From the NCBI GenBank assembly GCA_964447765.1, contig CAYUTO010000004.1, forward strand, positions 93,790 to 157,789: a stretch of DNA of 64,000 nt. Reading direction: 5' to 3'. Shown here in pieces: positions 48,287-57,352 of the stretch (its first letter is position 1; the number at the start of each line of letters is the position of its first letter). The position numbers and the translations under genes are program-made. Source of the DNA: an uncultured Gammaproteobacteria bacterium (GTDB lineage Bacteria; Patescibacteriota; Patescibacteriia; Magasanikbacterales; UBA922). The notes beneath the pieces are model-generated. The model saw nothing but the letters and a program-made list of their open reading frames with translations. It ran no database searches and was not told the origin of the DNA.

Positions 48287-49495
48287 TTAAGAAATTATTC
48301 CATACCTCTTCCCCAACTTTACAAAAGCTGCGACCAAGGTATCGATATGTTCCTTGGTATGGATTGCAGAAATCTGTACTCGAATTCTTGCCTTACCCAT
48401 TGGAACTACAGGGTAGCTGAATCCAATTACATAAATTCCTTCATCCATCATATCCTGCGCCATATCACTCGCTATACGACCATCACCAAGCATGATCGGT
48501 ACAATTGGATGAACTGACTCGGAAACCACAAAACCAGCACCTGACATCTGTTCACGAAAATAATAAGTATTCTCCCATAATGTCTCTCGTAATTCAGGAT
48601 GCGCATCAATAAAATCAAGTACAAACATGGTAACTGATGCAACCACCAGAGGTAGCGTGTTGGTAAATAATGTCGTTCGTGCACGCTGATGTAATACATC
48701 AATAACTTCTTTCGAACCAGCAATCACACCTCCATTTGCACCACCCAATGCCTTACCGAATGTGGTCGTAATAATATCCACCCGATCAAGTACCCCACAT
48801 GCCTCAACCGTTCCTCGACCAGTATCCCCCATAAATCCAGTAGCATGAGAATCATCAACAACCACAAAGGCATTATATTTCTCCGCCAAATCACACACTT
48901 CTCGAAGTGGAGCAATGTGACCATCCATACTAAACACCCCATCAGTCACTACACATCGCATACGATTACTCTGAGTCTCCTTCAGTCGCTCCTCAAGATC
49001 AACCATATCCATGTGCTTATACACGTGTCGTTCAGCTTTACACAGGCGTACACCATCAATAATACTCGCATGATTGAGTTCATCAGAAATAATTGCATCA
49101 GCATCAGTGAGTAGTGTTGCAAAAACAGCCTCATTCGCATCCCAACACGACGTAAATACGATAGCAGCTTCTTGATGTAAAAATGCTGCTACTTTTTTTT
49201 CAAGATCAACATGCACCTGATGTGTACCGCAGATAAATCGAACCGAAGACATGCCATAACCACATGCTTCAAGCGCCTCTTTTCCAACATCTACCAATTC
49301 CTGTCGTCCTGCAAGACCCAAATAATTATTTGCACAAAAATTAATCAAAGTTTTCCCATCAGCCTGAATCACACTCCCTTGTCGAGAAGTAATAATACGT
49401 TGTTTTTTAAACAAGCCAGCATTAGATATCTCATCAAGCATACCCTTTGCTGCTGTACGTACAAGTTGATTCATATAATTAATGTTGAATATCAA
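48287..49495 (-). CDS. kbl: Glycine C-acetyltransferase (2-amino-3-ketobutyrate CoA ligase) / 8-amino-7-oxononanoate synthase family
   Basis: Alpha-oxoamine synthase pattern with PLP lysine in TFGKALGG; overlaps and precedes the threonine dehydrogenase gene. Confidence 0.75.
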   Translation of the reverse strand: MIFNINYMNQLVRTAAKGMLDEISNAGLFKKQRIITSRQGSVIQADGKTLINFCANNYLGLAGRQELVDVGKEALEACGYGMSSVRFICGTHQVHVDLEKKVAAFLHQEAAIVFTSCWDANEAVFATLLTDADAIISDELNHASIIDGVRLCKAERHVYKHMDMVDLEERLKETQSNRMRCVVTDGVFSMDGHIAPLREVCDLAEKYNAFVVVDDSHATGFMGDTGRGTVEACGVLDRVDIITTTFGKALGGANGGVIAGSKEVIDVLHQRARTTLFTNTLPLVVASVTMFVLDFIDAHPELRETLWENTYYFREQMSGAGFVVSESVHPIVPIMLGDGRIASDMAQDMMDEGIYVIGFSYPVVPMGKARIRVQISAIHTKEHIDTLVAAFVKLGKRYGIIS

Positions 49496-50657
49496 AAAGT
49501 ATTTTCGGATGCACTTTCATGCGTTCTTCCATTAATTCAGGTGTATAGTGTGAAAGCGGTAAAATCGTTCCATCACCCTCTTTAAGAATATGTTTCCAAA
49601 TCGCTTCCTGGATACCATTGGTGTTATCCGATAATACTCGCTGAGCAATCTGCCAAGTTTTGAAAATCTGACGACCAATAACATTATGCAACGTAAAACC
49701 TTTTACGATCATGCGAGAAAAATTGGGAATAATAAAATCTCCATCTTTAATACCAAATAAAATAATATTTCCACCGTAACGTGTTGCTTCAATGCAATTA
49801 TTCACTGAGGAATTAAATCCAGCCATCTCAAGACTCACGTCCACTCCCTTTCCATAGGTCAAAGCCTTGATTTGTTCAATCACCGAAACATCAATATCAT
49901 AACTATTTTTTTTCTGAACGTTTGGATCAACTAGAATGGTCTCATGTGCTCCAAGTTCTCGAGCAATCGTAAGGTTATGAGGATTCGTATCAATCGCAAT
50001 TACTTTTGCTGCGCCAAAATGTTTTGCCAAAAGTACTGCAAACAAACCAATTTGACCACAACCAAAAATTGCAACACGACTACCGCGCATATCAACTTTG
50101 GTAAGTGCATGCACCGCATTACCAAATGGATCATAAATCGCACAAATTTCTGGTCGCACACGATTGAAGTCGACTGCCCACAAATTTTTTGCAGGAATCT
50201 TCACATACTCTGCAAAAATCCCATCAATACTAATTCCCAAAATCGCCTGATCCTGACACACCTCTTCTTCCCCGAGCCGACATTGGTAACATTTACCACA
50301 CGTTACATGAGAATCTCCAGAAACCATACTTCCTACCCGAATATCATAGGTCGTTGTTTCAACCAGTGAACCTACTTCTACCACTTCACCCACAAACTCA
50401 TGCCCAAGAACACGAAGTGTCTTACCTTCTTTTACAAGCGCACCCTTAAACATTTCAGTAAAAGCACTTCTGGTCCAAATACCACGATCAGAACCGCACA
50501 CACCCGCATAAGATACTTTGACAATAACCGAAAGCGCATCACGCACATCTTTCTTTTCATCAAGTTCGGGTCGAGCAATCTGTCTCTTGAAAAATCCCCG
50601 AGACGTTTCCCATCCTTCTTGTGCCAGGTCGAGTGTAAGTGCATTAATAGTATTCAT
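49479..50657 (-). CDS. tdh: L-threonine 3-dehydrogenase (Zn-dependent MDR family)
   Basis: GVCGSD and GHEFVGEVVEVG zinc motifs, Rossmann GxGxxG; paired with kbl. Confidence 0.8.
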   Translation of the reverse strand: MNTINALTLDLAQEGWETSRGFFKRQIARPELDEKKDVRDALSVIVKVSYAGVCGSDRGIWTRSAFTEMFKGALVKEGKTLRVLGHEFVGEVVEVGSLVETTTYDIRVGSMVSGDSHVTCGKCYQCRLGEEEVCQDQAILGISIDGIFAEYVKIPAKNLWAVDFNRVRPEICAIYDPFGNAVHALTKVDMRGSRVAIFGCGQIGLFAVLLAKHFGAAKVIAIDTNPHNLTIARELGAHETILVDPNVQKKNSYDIDVSVIEQIKALTYGKGVDVSLEMAGFNSSVNNCIEATRYGGNIILFGIKDGDFIIPNFSRMIVKGFTLHNVIGRQIFKTWQIAQRVLSDNTNGIQEAIWKHILKEGDGTILPLSHYTPELMEERMKVHPKILFDIQH

Positions 50658-50667
50658 ACGAAAAAAA

Positions 50668-51426
50668 TTATAAACTCCGAGCAGTCTGCAAATCTTCAGC
50701 AGTATTAATCCCAATAGCTTCTTTGGGTTCAATTGAGATTGAAGAAATTTGAACTCCTTCGTCAATTCCCATTCCAATTAAATCAGTAAGATAATATTCT
50801 TTCTGCGAATTTTCATTCTTAAGATTTTTAAGTGACTTCCAGAGCCATGATGCTTCAAAGCACCATACGGAAGGATTCAGTTCGAGAATACCAAGCTCAT
50901 CTTCTGTAGCATCTTTTTTTTCCACAATCCGCGCAATGTGTCCATTAACACCCCTCACAATTCTACCAAATCCCACGAAAGCCTGATTTTCATTCTCAAA
51001 ATGAGGAACCGTAACCGTCATCATGGTAATCGTATTTTTTCTCTCAATATGCCGAGCCAAAAGGCGTTTAATTGATTCCGCGGAAACAAAGGGCATATCA
51101 CCATTAAGAAATACTACATGTGACACACGGTCTGTGAGTATTGTTTCTGCCATTGAAGCTGCATGCCCGGTGCCCAGCTGTTCACTTTGCACCACATACT
51201 GAGCACGATCACCTAGATGATCCTGTACCATGGTGTGTTTTGCAGATACTACAATAAGTGGTTTTCCTATTCCCACTTCTTCTACATGCTGCACCACATG
51301 TTCAACCAATGGTTTTTGATTAAGCTCGTGCATCATCTTTGGAAGTGAACTTTTCATACGTTTACCATCTCCCGCTGCAAGGATTACTACTCCAACCTTA
51401 TCTGTTTTTTTGTTCGATGTATCCAT
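50668..51426 (-). CDS. Sugar-phosphate nucleotidyltransferase (GlmU N-terminal-domain-like)
   Basis: VVILAAGDGKRM nucleotidyltransferase motif. Confidence 0.6.
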   Translation of the reverse strand: MDTSNKKTDKVGVVILAAGDGKRMKSSLPKMMHELNQKPLVEHVVQHVEEVGIGKPLIVVSAKHTMVQDHLGDRAQYVVQSEQLGTGHAASMAETILTDRVSHVVFLNGDMPFVSAESIKRLLARHIERKNTITMMTVTVPHFENENQAFVGFGRIVRGVNGHIARIVEKKDATEDELGILELNPSVWCFEASWLWKSLKNLKNENSQKEYYLTDLIGMGIDEGVQISSISIEPKEAIGINTAEDLQTARSL

Positions 51427-52036
51427 ATATTTCGGTAAGTGTTTTGAAATACGGTAAATTACTTTGTCTGTATTCTTCTTCACCAATTGACGCTGATTTC
51501 TTGAGGACAATATGCAGATTAGGAAATGCATTTTTAATAAGCAAACTCTCTCCTACTTTGTCATTGATAAACCACGTCTCTTCTAGCTTTTCCCCTACTG
51601 ATACAAGTTCGTGGATAATATGCTCTTTACTATCCTGTACCATAAACATTCGGTCAAAATACTCTGAAACTCCCGACCCTTTTACTTTTAATTCCTGAAA
51701 ACTTGCTTCACCGAGACTGAGAAGCACCAATGGATGTTTCAGATCTTGTAACTTTTGCATAAATTCTACCGTATCAAGAAATAGAAACTCACGCAATCTC
51801 TCCCCTGTAGTTTCCTGTAATGCAGCAAGTACTTTTTCTTTTGAATATCCTCTGAGAGCAAGCAATTCAACATGTCGTTCATTGGAATAGGAGAATAAAT
51901 CATTCTTTTTCGAGGCTTCGATATAGGTTTCCTGATAATCATGCTCAGATACTCCAGCTTTCAACAATGATTCAATCCGCGATTTCTTGAAATCATGAGT
52001 ATTAAAAAGCGTATCATCAAAATCTATGATAAACAT
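51398..52036 (-). CDS. HAD-superfamily hydrolase
   Basis: Motif I FIIDFDDTLFNT. Confidence 0.55.
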   Translation of the reverse strand: MFIIDFDDTLFNTHDFKKSRIESLLKAGVSEHDYQETYIEASKKNDLFSYSNERHVELLALRGYSKEKVLAALQETTGERLREFLFLDTVEFMQKLQDLKHPLVLLSLGEASFQELKVKGSGVSEYFDRMFMVQDSKEHIIHELVSVGEKLEETWFINDKVGESLLIKNAFPNLHIVLKKSASIGEEEYRQSNLPYFKTLTEIYGYIEQKNR

Positions 52037-52040
52037 ACAG

Positions 52041-52775
52041 TTAAATTTTTTCCCACAATGAATCAAATACTGATTTTTCAGTTCGATAAATTCCTTCATT
52101 CTCAATCACCACTCCCACAGGTTGTTTCTTTGCATCAATCGAGATAAACGCCGTTTTCCCTGGATAGATAATAATATACGTAGATAATTCTTCGCTTGAG
52201 GGAAGTTGTTTGCGCTGATCAAGGCCGCGCAATTCTCCCCTCTCTCCAATCGCAATTGCTCGAACCGAAATTCCTTTGGCAATCCGCGCATCACTAAAAG
52301 TGGGAAACTGTTCGTACAAAAATTCTTTTACACCTTCAGCCGAATAAATCCGATACATTTTATCTTCACTCTGTTCACACGTGGTAAGCACATCTTCGAG
52401 AATACTATTAAGCTCGCCTGCTGGTACATAGCGAGCGACCGGACGATCACCACCTTTGTGATGCAACGCAGCAAGTTCGGGTATCATTTTCTCAAGCTCT
52501 TTCTCAGCCCGCTCAGCTACCTGCTTTTGTTCGCGGACAAGTGACATGAGATGGTCTGGATGTTCAGCTACAAAATACTGTTTAGTATCCTTGTGATAGA
52601 AGGTCACAAGCCCGTGTTCCTCAAGCCACTTGAGCGCATCATAGGTACTCCCCCTATTTAAGCCACTATGAAGAGCAATCGAGCGAACTGAACTAGGGCC
52701 CAAAGATAACAAAGATTGATAGATTTGGGCTATTTTGTCAGACATTCCTAATTTTTTGAATATTTCAGTGTTCAT
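52041..52775 (-). CDS. TrmB-family transcriptional regulator
   Basis: N-terminal winged HTH (IYQSLLSLGPSSVRSIALHSGLNRGSTYDALKWLEEHGLV) plus C-terminal TrmB-like domain. Confidence 0.6.
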   Translation of the reverse strand: MNTEIFKKLGMSDKIAQIYQSLLSLGPSSVRSIALHSGLNRGSTYDALKWLEEHGLVTFYHKDTKQYFVAEHPDHLMSLVREQKQVAERAEKELEKMIPELAALHHKGGDRPVARYVPAGELNSILEDVLTTCEQSEDKMYRIYSAEGVKEFLYEQFPTFSDARIAKGISVRAIAIGERGELRGLDQRKQLPSSEELSTYIIIYPGKTAFISIDAKKQPVGVVIENEGIYRTEKSVFDSLWEKI

Positions 52776-52858
52776 AAATACAATACACTTAGCATAATTT
52801 AAAGTATACAAGTTGTCAATTTTTTATCGACACTACATGTTAATAAGGTACGAAATAC

Positions 52859-52887
52859 TTGACAAAATGGCTTATTTATGCTATACT
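52859..52887 (+). promoter_or_regulatory. Consensus sigma70 promoter TTGACA-17nt-TATACT
   Basis: Perfect -35 and near-perfect -10 hexamers with a 17-nt spacer, about 165 nt upstream of the GC-rich ORF. Confidence 0.6.
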
Positions 52888-52894
52888 CTGCTGT

Positions 52895-53051
52895 TTACTA
52901 AAATACAGAACTTTACAAAAAGCTATAGATTAGTCCGTTTCCCCTGGAGTATCCGGTAATACTACGGGGTACAGCAGGGAAAACGGACAGGTAGACGGGA
53001 TTCCCCCGTGCATACCTACACATGGTAGCTAGTCCCGATAGGGAGGTGTCT
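52895..53051 (+). promoter_or_regulatory. GC-rich structured 5' leader; long imperfect hairpin plus SD-sequestering hairpin (candidate riboswitch/attenuator, class unknown)
   Basis: Outer stem gtccgtttcccctg/cagggaaaacggac (13 of 14 bp) enclosing agta...tact and cccc...gggg pairings; acggg-attcc-cccgt hairpin; ucccgauaggga hairpin overlapping the GGGAGG RBS. Confidence 0.4.
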
Positions 53052-53456
53052 ATGGTCGCTCAGCAGTACCAGTTCCAGATCCAGGCCACCGGCAAGAAGG
53101 TGGAGCTCAAGGACCTCGAGAACCGCACGAACGCCAAGCGCAACGCCTTGGCCAAGCGCGACGAGAACAAGCGGACGGGGCAGAAGCCCCGGGAGCTCCG
53201 ACTGCCCCCGCAGCTCGAGCCCAGGGGTCCCTACATCGACCGTGAGCTCATGAAGCCGCCGCTCGAAGGCGCCCTCGGCAAGGCGATCAAGCAGGCGGTC
53301 GTCGAGACCGCCAAGCAGGTCGCCCCCGACCTCGAGGAGGTGGGACGCATGGCCACGGCGGGCCGGGACAAGAAGGGTCACTTCGTGCCCCGCGAGACGA
53401 AGACCAAGGCCCAGGAGGCCTACGAGCTCTTGAAGCTCACCCGCCTCGCCGAGTAG
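53052..53456 (+). CDS. Hypothetical lysine/glutamate-rich protein, horizontally acquired (very high GC3)
   Basis: GGGAGG RBS 7 nt upstream of ATG; nearly every codon ends in G/C, while the opposing-strand ORF is L/G/R-rich antisense noise. Confidence 0.5.
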   Translation: MVAQQYQFQIQATGKKVELKDLENRTNAKRNALAKRDENKRTGQKPRELRLPPQLEPRGPYIDRELMKPPLEGALGKAIKQAVVETAKQVAPDLEEVGRMATAGRDKKGHFVPRETKTKAQEAYELLKLTRLAE

Positions 53457-53587
53457 ATCAGCCGCAACATCACCACATCCGAGACCTAGGAGACCTCGGA
53501 CCAGCTTGGCCACTGACTTGCAAAAGTTCAGTGGCCATCATCTCAGGATCACATCAAAATTGGTGGATCGTGAGATGAAAAATAAAA

Positions 53588-53614
53588 AAACAGCTTAATT
53601 AAATTAGGCTGTTT
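53588..53614. terminator. Bidirectional terminator aaacagc-ttaattaaattag-gctgttt
   Basis: Perfect 7-bp stem, A-run/T-run flanks; between convergent genes. Confidence 0.55.
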
Positions 53615-53651
53615 TATTTTTTCATTACTAGACAACCAGAAAACCAGATAA

Positions 53652-54728
53652 CTATGCAACCGTCACTTCCTTACACAAATACACATCCTGAATCGCGTTC
53701 AATATTTCAACTCCTTCTTTCAGAGGTTTTTCAAATGCTTTTCTTCCGGCAATAATTCCCATTCCCCCTGCTCGCTTATTAATGACAGCCGAACGAACTG
53801 CCTCTCGCAAATCAGATTCACCATTACTCTCTCCTCCAGAATTAATCAGTCCAATTCTGCCTGCATAGGAATTGAGCACCTGATATCGACACAAATCAAT
53901 CGGATGTTCAGTCGCAAGCTCTGTGTACATTCGAGGATCATACTTTCCAAAGCTGCTCTTGCCTTTATTAAGGGCAAGATACCCCCCATTCAACGTTGGT
54001 AATTTTTGCTTCACAATATCAGCGCCAATAGTCGCTCCCAGATAATTTGCCTGGCCCGTAAGATCAGCTGATGAGCTATAATCTACTTTACCTACCGTAA
54101 ATCCAGCATTCCGCACATAGCACCACAGTACCGTAAACATTCCTTTTTCATGTGCCGCTGCAAATGCTTCAGACACTTCAGTAATCTGTCGCTTGGATTC
54201 AGGGGAACCAAAATAAATCGTTGCACCAATTCCACGCGCCCCCATCTCATGAGCTTTTTTTACAGTTGTAAACATGGTCTGATCGTAGTCATTCGGAAAA
54301 CGAAACAGATCATTGTGATTCAGCTTCACAATAAATGGAATTTTACTCGCATATTTCTTACTAAGGATTGCAAGTGTACCGTACGATGAAGCAACTGCAT
54401 TACATTTTGCTTCAAGCGCAAGTTTCACAATATTCTCTGGATCAAAATAATCTGGATTCGCAGAAAAACGCGCACCCGCAGTATGTTCAATCCCCTGGTC
54501 TACAGGTAAAATTGATAGGTATCCTGTTTTTTTCAATCTTCCAGACTTTCGTAAATGAATCAGATTATCAATCACCTTGTGCGATCGATCAGAAATAGAA
54601 AAAGTGTTGTAAAAAAAATGTTTCGAAGGAATATGCAATTTTTCTTTTGCAATTTTTGGAGTAGAAAATTTGAGCAGGCTCTCTGCTTCGTCTCCGAGAA
54701 TGTCAGAAATACGAGAAATGTCGAGCAT
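53652..54728 (-). CDS. Class I fructose-bisphosphate aldolase (archaeal-type DhnA/FbaB family)
   Basis: DeoC/LacD-type TIM-barrel aldolase pattern with Schiff-base lysine region (FIVKLNHND, GARGIGATIYFGS). Confidence 0.7.
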   Translation of the reverse strand: MLDISRISDILGDEAESLLKFSTPKIAKEKLHIPSKHFFYNTFSISDRSHKVIDNLIHLRKSGRLKKTGYLSILPVDQGIEHTAGARFSANPDYFDPENIVKLALEAKCNAVASSYGTLAILSKKYASKIPFIVKLNHNDLFRFPNDYDQTMFTTVKKAHEMGARGIGATIYFGSPESKRQITEVSEAFAAAHEKGMFTVLWCYVRNAGFTVGKVDYSSSADLTGQANYLGATIGADIVKQKLPTLNGGYLALNKGKSSFGKYDPRMYTELATEHPIDLCRYQVLNSYAGRIGLINSGGESNGESDLREAVRSAVINKRAGGMGIIAGRKAFEKPLKEGVEILNAIQDVYLCKEVTVA

Positions 54729-54793
54729 AAAAAAATGATAGTACATATATACTATCATTTTTTATCGTTTTCTACAAAATAAAATACACAACA

Positions 54794-55060
54794 TTATTCA
54801 GTATCTTCCACACGTGCTACCGCATGCGCCCACATTTCATCCAATTCATACTCCAATTGCAATTCATCAGAATGATCCGCAAACCACTGTTCAAATGCCA
54901 CTTTCAATTCATCAACATCAGAAGCATTTTCAAGCGCGTCTTCCAAAAGCGCGTATTTCTCTTCATGCGACCGAGCTAGCCCATCTTCGATTTCTTCAAA
55001 TGTTTCTCGAACATGATCAAGGATAGCGGTCTTTACGGTATCGTATTGAAAATCAGACAT
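54794..55060 (-). CDS. Hypothetical acidic 88-aa protein
   Basis: ORF with native composition; no recognisable domain. Confidence 0.4.
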   Translation of the reverse strand: MSDFQYDTVKTAILDHVRETFEEIEDGLARSHEEKYALLEDALENASDVDELKVAFEQWFADHSDELQLEYELDEMWAHAVARVEDTE

Positions 55061-55143
55061 AAAAATATTTTAAATAATCAAAGCAGGTCACAATATACCA
55101 CACTGACTGAACTTTGCAAGCCCTCCCCAGATGTGGATAATAA

Positions 55144-55177
55144 TATAATAGAGACAGGTCACAGCCTGTCTCTATTA
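55144..55177 (-). terminator. Terminator ataatagagacagg-tcacag-cctgtctctattat downstream of znuA
   Basis: Perfect 14-bp stem. Confidence 0.6.
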
Positions 55178-55179
55178 TA

Positions 55180-56094
55180 TTATTTTTGATTCTCTACAAT
55201 GGTCTGTACATTATACCCGATCATATCAAGATAGCTGGCCCGCTCACCCGATCCTTCAGGATCAAGGGTCGCGATTGTGAGCCCATTATCATTCGCAAAT
55301 GTTTCAATTGCTGATGCTGAAAATTGTGGTTCAAGATAGAGAGTATTTACTTCATGTTCGAGAACTTCTTCTTTCAAATCAATCAGATATTGTGGAGTTG
55401 GCTCACGTCCAGGGAAAGGTTCAAATGTAGCAACAATCTCGAGCCCATATCGGCGTGCAAAATATTGAAACGCGTCATGAAACGTTACTAACTTTCTATT
55501 TTGTAATCCAGACAACGCTCTAATCCATTCAAAATCTTTGCGCTCAAGCTCATCTTTAAAAATTTTTGCACGAAGCGCAAAGTCGTTTGCATGTTCAGGA
55601 CTAATGAGTGTAAGTTCTTCGACAATAGTATCGACCATAATATAGGCATTGGTCGGATCCAACCAATAATGAGGATCAATCAACCCATGTCCATGATCAT
55701 CGTGTTCTCCCTCTACCTCTTCGCCCTCATGTTCATGAAATTCAGCTGTAGGATACAATTGAATATTCCGATCAAGAGTAATTGTCTGAACATCAGGAAG
55801 AGAAGCAACGAGTGATGACACCCATGAATCGAGCCCATGACCAACCTGGAAAATACGTGATGTATCTTTAAGGGCCTTAATTGAAGACGGTGTCGGCTCA
55901 AACGTATGAGGACTTGCCCCAGGAGGTACAATCAAAACAACCTCTACATCTTCACCACCGACAATTCGAACGAGATCGTAAATAGGAAAAATAGTTGCCG
56001 CAACTTTTGGCTTATCAGAGCCAGCAATACTACAACCCGCGCCAGTGAACAAAAAAACTACAGCAAAAAATAAAAAAATACGCATCTTATTCAT
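55180..56094 (-). CDS. znuA: Zinc/metal ABC transporter substrate-binding lipoprotein (ZnuA/TroA family) with His-rich loop
   Basis: Lipobox-like LFTGAGCS; His/Glu/Asp-rich loop HEHEGEEVEGEHDDHGHG; cluster-9 SBP pattern. Confidence 0.8.
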   Translation of the reverse strand: MNKMRIFLFFAVVFLFTGAGCSIAGSDKPKVAATIFPIYDLVRIVGGEDVEVVLIVPPGASPHTFEPTPSSIKALKDTSRIFQVGHGLDSWVSSLVASLPDVQTITLDRNIQLYPTAEFHEHEGEEVEGEHDDHGHGLIDPHYWLDPTNAYIMVDTIVEELTLISPEHANDFALRAKIFKDELERKDFEWIRALSGLQNRKLVTFHDAFQYFARRYGLEIVATFEPFPGREPTPQYLIDLKEEVLEHEVNTLYLEPQFSASAIETFANDNGLTIATLDPEGSGERASYLDMIGYNVQTIVENQK

Positions 56095-56135
56095 ACTAGT
56101 AAAAGATTAAATGGCTATTCGCCTAACCTATAATA

Positions 56136-56226
56136 ATGCAATTCATTCTCAATTGCAAATAGATTGCTGTGGATAAACAGTTGATTTATTATCTATTCCT
56201 GTTATACTTGCAACAACATTTGCAAT
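56136..56226. promoter_or_regulatory. Candidate Zur/Fur operator sites in the divergent znuA-zur promoter region
   Basis: Inverted repeat TGCAATT-n7-AATTGCA (56136-56156) and direct TTGCAA-n6-TTGCAA (56207-56226). Confidence 0.35.
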
Positions 56227-56232
56227 TACTAT

Positions 56233-56634
56233 ATGCAACAAAATTGGCTACTAGACGAACTCGTAAAACACAATCACAAAGCAACTACCCCCCGCCGAGT
56301 GATCACCGAATATCTCATAAAACAAGAAGGATTATTTTGTGCGATTACCATGGCACGCAAACTCACCAAAGTAGACCGAGTGTCAATTTACCGAACACTC
56401 GACACTCTGAAAGAATTGGAGCTCATTAATCCAGTGGTGAATATCGATGGTCAGCAGTTTTATGAAAAAAATGGAGACAATGATCATCATCACCATATCA
56501 TCTGTACGCACTGCAAAAAAACAAAATGTGTTGAGTGCATTCATGAAGAATTGCCAAAAATTTCAGGTTTTTCGCATGTTCGTCACTCATTTATCCTCAC
56601 TGGACTCTGTACCGTATGCAAAAACAAAGTATAA
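56233..56634 (+). CDS. zur: Fur-family transcriptional regulator (Zur-like)
   Basis: Fur winged-helix N-terminus, HHHH...CTHC...C metal sites; adjacent to znuACB. Confidence 0.75.
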   Translation: MQQNWLLDELVKHNHKATTPRRVITEYLIKQEGLFCAITMARKLTKVDRVSIYRTLDTLKELELINPVVNIDGQQFYEKNGDNDHHHHIICTHCKKTKCVECIHEELPKISGFSHVRHSFILTGLCTVCKNKV

Positions 56635-57347
56635 CACCCTATATCGAAGTCAAAGGAGTAAGTCACCACTACAATGGGATGACCGTACTTGACCGTGTGT
56701 CATGTACCATAGAAAAAGGATCAATTACCGCCATAATCGGCCCCAATGGCTCAGGGAAAACAACCCTAATCAGGGCAATACTAGGACTACTCTCCCCAAC
56801 CAAAGGGGTAATTACGATTGAAGGGAAATCTCCATCTGAAATGCGTACGCACATTGGATATGTCCCACAACAACTACAGTTTGACCGCACACTTCCCATT
56901 ACAGTCAATGAATTTCTGAAAACGTACCAATGCAAAGACCAAAAACATCGATACAAAAATATTGCCCAAGTGTTGAAAGAGGTTGGACTAGGTAATCAAA
57001 TCCACCAAAAAATTGGAACCCTCTCTGGAGGTCAATTCCAACGAGCATTGATTGCACGCGCTATATTTCATGAAAAAGATATTCTCGTATTAGACGAACC
57101 ATCAGCAGGAATTGATATCGAAGGAGAGCAGAGTCTCTACGAATTAATCGAGCATCTACATGATGAACATGGTACGACCTGTATTATTATTTCACACGAT
57201 GTGGCTATTGTGCACCGATTTGCAGATTCCGTAATCTGTCTTAATAAGAAAAAAATCTGCCAAGGAACCCCCTCTTCAACTATCACCCCCGAAGTGCTAA
57301 AACAACTCTACGGAACAGACGCAGGAGTGTATCATCACCATCATTAA
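56616..57347 (+). CDS. znuC: Zinc ABC transporter ATP-binding protein
   Basis: Walker A GPNGSGKTT, LSGGQFQR, Walker B LVLDEPSAG. Confidence 0.85.
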   Translation: MQKQSITPYIEVKGVSHHYNGMTVLDRVSCTIEKGSITAIIGPNGSGKTTLIRAILGLLSPTKGVITIEGKSPSEMRTHIGYVPQQLQFDRTLPITVNEFLKTYQCKDQKHRYKNIAQVLKEVGLGNQIHQKIGTLSGGQFQRALIARAIFHEKDILVLDEPSAGIDIEGEQSLYELIEHLHDEHGTTCIIISHDVAIVHRFADSVICLNKKKICQGTPSSTITPEVLKQLYGTDAGVYHHHH

Positions 57348-57352
57348 TTCCT

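Noticed and set aside
53016-53513. 165-aa minus-strand ORF across the GC-rich island
   Set aside because: Its L/G/R/A-rich low-complexity translation is typical of antisense frames in high-GC DNA. The plus-strand frame has a GGGAGG RBS and G/C at nearly every third codon position.
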